Assembly: GCA_965644265.1 (NCBI GenBank)
Contig: OZ286465.1
Span: 70,866,001 to 70,930,000, forward strand
Direction: 5' to 3'
Source: Glycera tridactyla
Taxonomy: Eukaryota
DNA length: 64,000 nucleotides
Position numbers and translations under genes: made by a program. The notes beneath the pieces are model-generated. The model was given only the letters and a program-made list of their open reading frames with translations. It ran no database searches and had not been told where the DNA came from. Shown one piece after another: positions 49,931-60,630 of the stretch; within the stretch, counting starts at the first letter, position 1, and every line of letters begins with the position of its first letter.

Positions 49931-50060
49931 ATTTGTTTGTTTGTTTGGGTTTAACATCCTTTCAACCTCCTTACATTATATTGGACTTTGAGTGCCGAAA
50001 AAGAGAGGCACCGCTGTCTGGGGAGAAGGGGGGCGGGTATCCCGCACAGAAACAGACTCC
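49931..50060 (-). mobile_element. SINE 3' fragment with (TTTG)n tail
   Basis: (TTTG)n-GGTTTAACATCC...TTATATTGG, the same pattern as the other tails. Confidence 0.5.
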
Positions 50061-50126
50061 CATACACATAGTCAGCCTTTGATATTCCAGTCAGCATACA
50101 CTGGGTTAGCATGCATACAATTAATA

Positions 50127-50286
50127 CAGTCGAACCTCCTCTAAAGACCACCTCCTATAAAGACCGCCCTGAACTGCGACCGTGGTAGTATTTTCAACAG
50201 TAAATGACCTTTCTATAAAAACCACCTTCCTATAAAGACCACATTTTGATGCGACTGAAGGCGGTCTTTATAGGGAGGCTCGACTG
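50127..50286. mobile_element. A2 MITE, well preserved
   Basis: TA-CAGTCGAACCTCCTCTAAAGACCACC ... GAGGCTCGACTG-TA. Confidence 0.9.
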
Positions 50287-50619
50287 TATTTGTTTGAACA
50301 CTCCCAAATTCATGCAAATAATTGAATATGTAGATTCATATCCATCTGTTGGTTGATTGGATGTTTGATTAGCTAGTTGGTTGACTTGCAGGCTGATCAG
50401 CTGGTAGATTGGTAGGTTGGTCAATTGGTTGTTAAATAGCTTGTTTCAACTCATGGGATTACTTAAGCAAAGCTATATGCTGTGGAGTATTCTCAGGGGC
50501 AAATGAAGTGGGAAAAGGCAAACAAATTTATCTATGATGTGCACAGAGGGCACAAACAATTCAGCATACTTCTCTGATACGACCATAGAAATTCATATCT
50601 CCGGGTTAGACAATATACA

Positions 50620-50945
50620 ATAGACCATGAATCGCATGCTATGCATCAACTTTTTTCTCCCCATTGGTCTCTTGTGTCTTCCAGCATCTTATCACATGGA
50701 TGTGGCATTTTCAGTGAAGTATCAGGTGTTGAGTATTGCGTGTGATACTTCACAGCTGTGCGAGAACTACTTTCTGTTGATTTCTCCCCTAATCCATGTG
50801 ATAAAAGCAAGAATATATGGCCCTGAGGTAAAAGAACAATACCAAACTCGGTTTGAATTTTGCTAGATATCACTCGGCCTTCAGCCTCGAGACATGTGGC
50901 AAAACTCACACCTCATTTGGTGTTGCGTTTTTACTTCACAGCCAT
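50620..50945. repeat. Unclassified repeat-like segment with a GC-rich CACTCGGCCTTCAGCCTCG motif
   Basis: GCTAGATATCACTCGGCCTTCAGCCTCG at ~50862 resembles the ends of some non-autonomous invertebrate elements; single copy here and no boundaries defined. Confidence 0.25.
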
Positions 50946-53324
50946 ATATTCTTGCTATATGACAGCATTTCACTAATGTAAACATAAACATAGGCCTTTT
51001 AACCCTTTAGCCCTCAAACCGTGTAAAAACGTGTTTTTAGCACTCCCCCTCAAAGCGGGTGAAAACGTGATTGACAACATCGAGGTGCCGGTATTTTGTA
51101 AACAAACAGCCGTTCTGACGAAAATTGAGATCGTACACGAAAAAACGATGTCGTATGGAAAGCTTAGGAGTTGCTTGTCAATCTGGTATGAATAACGTGA
51201 TATAATGTTCAATATTGAGTGAGGATTGACCCAAAACAATGCATGATGTCAGGGAAAACCACTGCATTCCGCGCCATTTTGTGCCCAATGATGATTTGAC
51301 AGCTCTCTAAAAGATCGATCATAACTTCCCAAAAAACGTTTTTTAACCACTAAATACCTTGATGGGGTGAAAGACAAGAGTCTCACGAATTCAGAGATAT
51401 GTTTATTGTGGGGAAATATGCTATATTTCCCAAGAAACAAGCGTGTGATCACGGAGTTGTCAAGCACCAACGTGCGAGTTCGTTGACAAGCGCCAGAAAC
51501 GGAGGTCGGAAGTGGCTTTGTTTACATGACGTTAGGGGAGCTTTCCCGCCAAAATAAACATAACCACGTGTTTTTCCATACCCTAAAAACTCTTGAATGT
51601 CACTTTTAGACATAGTTGGATTGTTATTCTGCCCTAAAAAAAACGTTTCATCGATGCCTAATTAAGAGAAATCATAATAAGGACTGAATAGTGTATGGAG
51701 TTCGAGTTGTCAAAGGAGTTGAAGTAAGAATATAGACTGTTCAGCTTGGGGGTTAAGAAAACAATTTTTATGTGTTTCAAATGTGTCAAAAACAAAAAGG
51801 AACATCATCTGAGGCATTCTAGGAGCAATATGAGTGACGTTGGAGATGAATATCACTTTGTTATGGAATGTGCCATATCATACTTCTCTCCCTGAAGTTA
51901 CAAACATCATATGCGATATGGAAAGCCTGGGAGTTGCTTGTCAATCTGGTATGAATATTGTGATATAATGTTCAATACTGAGTGAGGATTGGATGAAAAC
52001 AAAGCATGATAACAGGAAAAAACGCACCATTTTGTGCCCGCTGATGATTTGACAGCTCTTCGAAAGATCGACCAGAAGTGCCAAAAAAACGTTTCAGAAT
52101 CAATAAATACCTAGATGGTGTGAGAGCCACGAGTCTCACGAATCTGGAGTTGTATCTATTGTGAGGAAACATGCCATATTTCCTGAGAAAAAAGCAAGTG
52201 ATCATGGAGATGTCAACCACAACGTGTGAGATCGTTGACAAGCGTCATAGGATGGGAGAATGAACTTGATAAGATAGAAGACATCAATTGCAAGTGGAGT
52301 TGCTTGTCAATTTAGTATAAATGTCGTGATTTAATGTTCAATATTGAGGGAGGATTGACTCAAAACAAGGCATGATGTCAGGGAAAACCACTGCATTGCG
52401 CGCCATTTTGTGCCCGATGATGATTTGACAGCTCTCTAGAAGATTGACCATGAGTGCCAAAAAAACGTTTTTTAACCACTAAATACCTTAATGGAGTGAA
52501 AGCCAAGAGTCTCGCAAATTCAGGGATGTATTTATTGTGACGAAATATGCCATATTTCCCAAAAAATGATCAAGTGATCATGGAGCTGTCAACTACCAAC
52601 GCGCGAGATCGTTGACTAATGCCAGAAACGGGAGTCGGAAGTGGCTTTGTTTACATGACGTGTTTTGAGTTTTCCCGCCAAAACAAGCACTACCACGTGT
52701 TTTTCCATGGCCTAAAAACTCTTATCTGTCATTTTGAGACATATTTGGATCGTTATTCTGCCCTAAAAATAGGTTTCATTGATGCCAAATTAGGAGAAAT
52801 CATAACAAGAACTGAATAGTGCTTAGAGTTCGAGTTGTCAGATGAGTTGGAGTGAGAATGCATGCTGTTCAGTTTAGGGAACCAAAAAACGTTTTTCTAC
52901 ACATCAAATGTGTTAAAAAAGAATGGGAACAACATCTAAGGTATTTGAGGAGCAATATCATGATTGGCATTGGAGATGAATCGCACTTTATTATTGAATG
53001 TGCCTTATCAAAACATCTCTGCCTTAAATTACAAATATCATATGTCCATATGTTTTCCTATCCACTAAACTTTTCATCTAACAATTTTAGACCCATTTGG
53101 ATTGTTATTCCGCTTTGAAAATAGCCTTGGGTTGGTTCCATGGGTGCCCAAAGAAGGCAAACCATATCCAGAACTGCATAGCCCATCAAGTTTGAGAAGA
53201 TAAAGGAGCTGATCGAGAATGCAGGCTATTCAATTTGGGGGACAAAGAAAACGTTTTTTGATATCAAGTGTGTTAAAAAAATATATAAATGCAATGTGAG
53301 GCATTTGAAGATCAATATTGATCT

Positions 53325-54753
53325 GGTGTTAGAGATGCGTATTTTTGCCAACATGTCGGCCCGACACATGCCAGGGCAAACCAAGACCCCACACCACTGG
53401 ACCTGATCTTAACGAAGGAGGAAAATATGGTGGACAGCGTTGAAAAAGAGAGCTCACTAGGCAAAAGCGACCACTCAGTCTTACCCTTTAGCCTAAAACT
53501 GGAGAGGCCAAGCTTCAAAAAGCCCAGACTTAAGAAATACTATCATGTTGGGGACTACGAATTATTCAACAGAATGCTGGCTGAGATAAGTTGGGAGGAC
53601 AAGTTTGCTCATTGCAAGGACAACCCTGACCAGATGTAAGCACTATTCCTAGAGGAGATAAACCGTATAGAAACGATATGCATCCCTGCCAAATAGTATC
53701 CCGTCCTGTCCAAGGTATATATGTTTGCAGACGACACCAAGATGTACAGAAGGATTTCAAATAACAGGGATACCCAAATCTTCCGAAATGATATCAACAA
53801 ACTCCATGCATGGTCCGCCATCTGGCTATTGAAATTCCACCATGCAAAATGCAAAGTTATGCCCCTGAGCCGAGATCCGATCGCACATACTACATTCACA
53901 ATACCCACAGATGGAGGATCCCCAAGTGAACTTGAGGAAACATCGCAAGAGTCCGACTTGGGAGTAACCTTGAACAACAAACTCAACTTCAAGAGCCATA
54001 TCCAAAACAAAGTCAACAAAGCCAACAGTATAATGGGAGCAATAAGAAGTTTCAAGTACCTAGATGAAGCAAACTTTACTCTTCTCTTCAAATCCATGGT
54101 CAGACCCCACGTCGAATATGCTGCAAGTGTATGGAGCCCCCACTTCAAGAAAGATATCACCACAATAGAGAACATGCAACGCAGAGCCACCAAATGCGTG
54201 CCTGGACTAGCAAACCTAACTTACGGAGAAAGACTAAAGAAATTGGACCTCCCAACCTTGTGATTTAGAAGATTACGTGGTGACGCCATAAAAGTCTATA
54301 AGTTGATCAACTACTATGATGACAAAGTGGACAATTTCCTGAACATAAGAGCATCACCATGCCACAATACAAGAGGACACAGCTCTATGATAGTAAAACA
54401 ACAATGCCGCACTGACGTTGGAAAGTACAGCTTCTCTAACCGAATCTCAAATGTATGGAACAACCTACCAGATGAAGTCATCAGCGCACCTTCAGTAAAT
54501 AGCTTCAAGAACCAACTGGACAAGTACTGGAACAATCACCCCCTCAAATATGACTGGGAAGCCGATGGTCTATGGACAACAGTGACAGCTAGATATAAAC
54601 AGCAGCAACTGCCACAACCTGTGTCCCCGCAATTGTGCCACACACCAAATCTATTATGAGTAACTGAAAGATGTCAAGCAGAAGATCTGGGCAGAGTGAC
54701 TAATTAGCCGAAGCCCAGTAACGACCTAAGGTAAGGTATCCTAAGGTAAGGTA
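53325..54753 (+). mobile_element. 5'-truncated, internally deleted CR1-clade LINE (ORF2 pseudogene plus 3' UTR)
   Basis: VRDAYFCQHV...LDLILT...GKSDH (endonuclease end) is joined at ~53702 directly to SKVYMFADDTK...DLGV...VRPHVEYAASVWSPH...QRRATK...RGH...FSNR..NVWNNLP. In-frame stops are present; the 3' tail is (CCTAAGGTAAGGTA)x2. Confidence 0.95.
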
Positions 54754-55929
54754 ATATCATAAGTGACATCGGAGATGAATATCACTATATAATGTCGGTT
54801 ATCAAAGCATCTCTGCCCCAAGTTACAAATATGCAACTAGATACGCAAACACCAGCAACAATGAAAGTAAGAAATCAAGGACAGAGAAAAAGAATACTTC
54901 ATACAAATGAATGAACAGTTAAGAACGAACAAGTTTGAGCTGTCAGAGAATCTGAAGTGAGAATATAGGCTCTCCAGTTTGGGGAACAAAGATAACGTTC
55001 AGGAAGACATTGCTCTACACCTAGCATGTGGGACCGTTGACATTGGGAGACGAGCATCAGTGGCCTTGTGTACATGACATGAAGAAATCAACATTTCCAT
55101 GTATTTTCTCACCCTCTACAAACTCTCACCTATTGGTTTTGGACACATTTAGATAGTTATTCTGACCTATAAATAGCTTGGAGGAGGTTTCATAGATGAA
55201 CATTTAAGAAGAATTGGATAGTGCATGAAGTTCATGACAAAAAAATTATAGAGAGCAAGCTGTTCTGTTTGGGAACAATGGAAGTATTATTCTTCATTTC
55301 AAGTGTGTAGATAAAGAATGGGAGCACAATCTGAAGAGCAGTAGTATGATTGGCTGCTGAGATGAAGACCACTTCATAAAGGAATGTTTCTCGTCAAACC
55401 ATCTGATTTGACAGCATTGAAAAATATCTGCCCGGCCAAGGTGCCAAAAAACGTAAGCTCCTGACTTGGGTGATACTTGATAGCTCTATCAAAGTGCCAG
55501 TATCAGAATGTTTACATGACATGGAAGAACCACTGAGGAGTAATTTGTAATTGGCATTGGAGATGAATACCATTCTGGTATTGTATGTCTCTTATCAAGC
55601 CATCTGATTTGACAGCATTCAAAAAGGTCGACCTGAATTGCTAAAAACCGCTCAGAATCAATCAATACCTTTGGCAGGGTGGAAGCCAGTGGTCTCACGA
55701 ATGTGGTGATGCATTTATCGTGAAGAAATAATCCATAAATCTGGTGTTTTGAAGAATGAATGGGATATCATTCAAGTTCCTCTATGGAAAGTTTGGTGAA
55801 AATCACATGTGAAATGGATGAGGAGTTGTGCAGCCAAGAAAATGTGACAGACTGATGGATGACAACCATTTCTATATCCCTATGCCATTGGGCGAGGGAT
55901 AACAATGGAATTTAAAGACGAAGAGGCTC

Positions 55930-56380
55930 AGACTCTACAAGTCCCCAGTGAGGTTGCAACTTGAATATGCCAACCAAGTATGGGCTCCTTATTTTGGAAA
56001 GCATCAGAAGACGTGCAGAGGTTTGTTCGTTTGTTCAAGTTTAACATCACTTGAACCCGCTTGGGTTATATCAGACTGAACAAACTGAGAATGCTGAAGA
56101 GAAGAGTCACTGCCTGCCAGGGGCCGTCCCTACTCTGCGAAAGACAGCAGTGGATCTTTAACATGCGTAAAGGAAAAGGCTGCTAAATACACAGCCGGCC
56201 TTTGATATCCATGTGCAGAGGAGAGTGACAAGAATGATTCTAGGACTATGTGAGGGCAGCTATGAGGATAGACTGAGACACTTGAAGTTACCATTACTGG
56301 CCTTCTGAAGACTTGGAAGTGATATGGTCGGCCACTACAAGCCGAGCCATGGAATCTATGATATGGAAGTGGATGAACAG
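55930..56380 (+). pseudogene. Short CR1 ORF2 fragment interrupted by a SINE
   Basis: VRLQLEYANQVWAPY ... EDVQR | RVTRMILGLCEGSYEDRLRHLKLP. Confidence 0.8.
56022..56212 (-). mobile_element. 5'-truncated SINE (Nin-domain-like core) with a 9-bp TSD
   Basis: GTGCAGAGG at 56013-56021 and 56213-56221; (TTTG)-type tail; the minus strand contains CATGTTAAAGATCC...TTTCGCAGAGTAGG, resembling the Nin SINE core (recalled, not searched). Confidence 0.75.
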
Positions 56381-56789
56381 GAGAGAACTGAATAGTGTAT
56401 TAAGTTTCAAGTTGTCAAAGGATCTGAAGTAAGAATTCAGACAGTTATCCTGTATTTATAGAACGCCTAGGTGCAAGCTGTCCAGTTTGGCAAACAAACA
56501 AAAGCATATTCTTCTTTTCAAGAGTGTAAAAAATGGGAAGTGATATCAGAGTAATTAGTATTTGGCATTGGAGATGTATACCATGCTATTATGGTATGTC
56601 TCTTATCAAGCCATCTGATTCGATAGCGTACAAGGGGATCGACCAGAAGTGACAAAAACAACTCTCAATTGATGAATACCTTGAAAAATTGAAATCCAGG
56701 AGTCTCATGGATGTGGGGATACATTTACTGTGAAGAGATATGCTATAAATCCTAAGAAATGAATGAGTGATCATGGAGATGTCAGCGAC

Positions 56790-56875
56790 CAATGTGCTCC
56801 AACGTAAAGCAACAAAGCTGGTTCCAGAAGTCACTGGACTGAGCCAAGAGGAAAGGAGAAAGCTGATGCTTATGC
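56790..56875 (+). pseudogene. Third CR1 ORF2 fragment
   Basis: LQRKATKLVPEVTGLSQEERRKL matches the CR1 motif VQRRATKLVP.L..LSYEERL..L. Confidence 0.7.
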
Positions 56876-57034
56876 TGATCCCAAACCTGGGGTTTCAGTG
56901 TGGGAAAAACAAGAAGGTGCATGCAGGATACATGGGAAGTTCTTTTCTCGCCAGGCATCAGGCAGTTCTGCAAAGTGTGCAGTGTCTGTGCAACATATGG
57001 AGATAGACAAGGGCCAGGAACACTACATATGAAA

Positions 57035-57381
57035 TAAATTCCTGGGGTGGACTTGTTCACATACGCTGGAAACATGTACATGGCCACATAAAAGAGCTAC
57101 AGCAACTTCATTGAAGAGGACCACTTGATGGACAGCAACCCAGAACAAGAAGCTCAAACAGCATTCGGCCCACCAAGGGATACCAGATGTTGTTCTAAGT
57201 GACTGCAGCCCATAGTTCACAGCTGCCGTGTCCACGGAATTTGCACAAACTTAGGCATTCAAACAAGCCCTGGGAACCACAAAGCGAATGGCACTGCCGA
57301 GTCAGCAGTCAGTCATCAAGGGTGCAATGAAAAGACACCATGCAAGTGAAGAGGACCTATTTGTAAACCAGCATAATACGC
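57035..57381 (+). pseudogene. Gypsy integrase catalytic-core fragment
   Basis: GVDLFTYAGNMY...SYSNFIE...KLKQH..HQGIPDVVLSD...PGNHKANGTAESAV, with stops and frameshifts. Confidence 0.85.
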
Positions 57382-59399
57382 TTGTAAGTCTTTCAAATGA
57401 GACTCAAAATATTTGGAAGTGACAATTAAGCTGCCCAAGATATTCCAGAGGCATGTCAGATAACACTTCTAGAACTTCTTCCCTAGCTGGAGAAAAGGTA
57501 TGTGGTGCATTTGACAGCCCAAAGTGCAATTCTTGCCATTGATATCAATAGTGACAAAACAGCCTGAAAAAAGCAGCTGGGTGCAAATGATAGTTCAGAA
57601 ATGAGAAACTGAGACTGACGCCATCTGAGGGTATGGCTTTGGAGATGAATACCGATTTATTATGGAATGTCCCTTATCAAACCATCCCGACTGTAAGTTA
57701 CAAACATGATATCCCCATTTGTTTTCCCACCCTCAAGAAAACACTCATCCGTTGATTTTGGACATATTTGGATTGTTATCCTGTGCTTGAAATTGCTGGG
57801 AGTTGGCTTGGTGAATGAAAATCGGGAACTCTAGTATATCGAGTTCGAGTCCAAGTTGTCGAAGGTTCTGAAGTAAGAAATTGTTCTGTTTAGTTTCAGG
57901 GACATAGAAAACGTTATTTTCTTTTAATAGCACCCCATCTGAGGCGCAGTATCATAATTAGGGCTTAAAAGTAAGTTGGATTTGGAACCTTCATAAAGGA
58001 GAATCCATAGTATTGTATTGTATCAAGTTCAAGTTGTATGTAGTGGCAATGATTGATAGCTTTCTTCTGTATGTGCCCAAAAATGATACTACCTTGACAC
58101 TAACATGGAAATCATGGCGATGAGAGCATATTCAAAACTGAAGTAAATTTTCCGTCAATAGCTCTTGTATATCATAACACCTGTTATGCAGAGTAACGTC
58201 TGTTGTGCCAGATATGACATTTTGTCAGAAACACAATGATTTTCCTTCAGTAATACACCACAATTAACAGGCATTGAGATACGCTTGACAGATGTCATCC
58301 TTATATTGAAGTCATTATGGTACTTCTATGTAAGAGGTGTTACTCAAGAACAGCTGGTCAAAATAACGTATGTTATGAATGTTTACCCTTTGAGCAGTCC
58401 TATCAGTATCAATTTGTCATATTCTCTCATGATGAATGCAGCTCTATCTGGTGAGGACATTGCTGGCTTGAAGTCTTTTGTGGAGCCATGAAAACATGAC
58501 AATTATAATATTTAGTAACATACGTTATGACAGGACATCTTTGCAATGTGGTCAATGTCACACCTGTTACAAAAATCCCTATCCATGATAAGCAGCAGTA
58601 ATGCAATTCAAGAAACATCTCAGATCAACATCTTCAGTTATGCTGTATCAATACAGGCACAATCAGTGATATTCATATAACTGAAAAACTAGCTATATGC
58701 ATTCGAACATAACAGGTGTTATTATTGACTGTCCAACATAACTTCTGTATGGAGAATTCTCATCATGTAAAATCTGATGGAGTGATCCAGCCTGATGATG
58801 AAAAAGTATTGATAACTGGACCCAACCTGAATGAGACAGGTGCTACTGATTCTTTTTTGAAAGAGAAAAGCCGTAATTTCATGACCTTCATAACATACGT
58901 TATGATTGACATGTCTATCATAGCGTATGATATTCTGTTCGTATGTCGAGTAAAACCAACTTATTCTGTGACAGAAGTGGCTTACATCAGATATGTTATT
59001 TTTTGTGAAGGAAGCTTGCAAATTATTCTGAAATAATGCAGAAAATGCATGGCTATTTCACTATCTATTCTTGTGATGATACTTCAAAATATATCAAAAG
59101 GTGATGTCAGAAAATGCATTATGTAGCTCAGCATAAACATGTGACAGAATGGTGTCATATCCATGAGATTGACAATGAAAACATGCACTGGTCTCATTCA
59201 TTATGATATATATCAGAAAAGTTATTTATTCTCTCCAAACACAGTGTTTTATTAGATCTTCCATGTCAAACATATGTTATGTTCCTACATGGTCAGTTTA
59301 AAGCTCTCCCAAGACTGAGTGGTTCATTAAGTTATCTTTTCCATACTGAAATTTCAAATTCAAGCTATTAGGACTCTGTTTGAAATTGGCCAAAAAGCA

Positions 59400-60630
59400 C
59401 TTGGGGATTTCTCAATGAATTATGTAGTTATGCCCTGTGATGTGTGTAACCTCATTTTCAGAGCAAACAATCTTCAGTTTCATTTTGCTCAGGACCCCTG
59501 CTATGACTTGTGTGGAAATGGTGCCAATCTGACAATATTTGATTTTGTACCTATATTGGGTGATTTTGTGCCCATGACATGACCTTGTTCAGGTTGTCAT
59601 AGAAACAGAAATCCTCATTTCCAGAGCAAACAACCCCCAGTTACATAATGCTCAGGACCCCTGCTATGACTGGTGTGAAAATGGTGCTGATCTGACATCC
59701 TTTGATTTTGTGCCTATTTTTGGATGATTTTGTGTGGTTATGACCTTGTTCAGGTTGTCATGGAAACAAAAATACCCATTTTCAGATCAAACAACCTTCA
59801 GTTTTATAGTGCTCAGTACCCCTGCTATGACTGGTGTGAAAATGGTGCCGGTCCGATAACCTTTAATTTTAGGCCTATTTTGGGTGATCATGTGCGTAGA
59901 CATAACCTTGTTTGGGTTGCCATGGGAACAACAATAATACATTTTTTGCCAAATTTTATTCGGTTTCACACTGCTCAGGGCTCCAGCTATGGCTGGTGTG
60001 AAAATGGGAATATGAGGAATATGAGGGCTAAATGATCCAACAACCTCCTATTTTGAGCCTGGACATGACCTTGAAAACAGATATCCAATTTTGGCTGCTT
60101 TTGTACCTGGACATGGCCTTCTTCAGGTTGCCATGGAAACAAAAATACTCATTTTCAGAGAAAATAACTTTCAGTTTCATGGTGCTCATGACCCCGACTA
60201 TGACTGGTGCAAAAACGGATAAAATATGACAGCCTTTGATTTTGGGCCTATTTTGGGTGCTTACGGGCCTGGACATGTCCTTGTTCAGGTCGCCATAGAA
60301 ACAGAAATCCTCATTTTCTGGGCAAATGACCTATAGTTCCATGATTCACATGACCCCCACTATGAGTGGTGCGAAAATGGATGAGATCTGACAAACTTTG
60401 ATTTTGAGTTCATTTTGGTCAATTTCATACCTGACATGACCTTGTTTGGGTTGCCATGGAGACAGAAATAATCCAATTTAGGGCAAATTACATCTGGTTT
60501 CACACTACTCAGGACCCCAGGTATGGCTGGTGTGAAAAATTGGGCAGATCTGGGAGACTTCTAATTTGGACCTATTTTTGGTGTTTTTTAACACAGGTAA
60601 TGGCTGTGTTTGGGTTGCCATGGAAACCAA
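59400..60630. repeat. ~162-bp tandem array (7-8 units) in the right arm of the piggyBac-like element
   Basis: GACCCC(T/A)GCTATG-type anchors at ~59493, 59656, 59817, 59979, 60190, 60352 and 60513. Confidence 0.9.

Larger units (their letters stand above)
51160..57900. repeat. Complex degenerate tandem array (~760-bp master unit and shorter derivatives) in the left arm of the piggyBac-like element
   Basis: GGAGTTGCTTGTCAAT at ~51167, 51929 and 52296; GATTTGACAGC at ~51293, 52045, 52421, 55404 and 55606; GGAGATGAAT-like motif at ~51842, 52972, 54770, 55559, 56571 and 57640. Confidence 0.85.
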
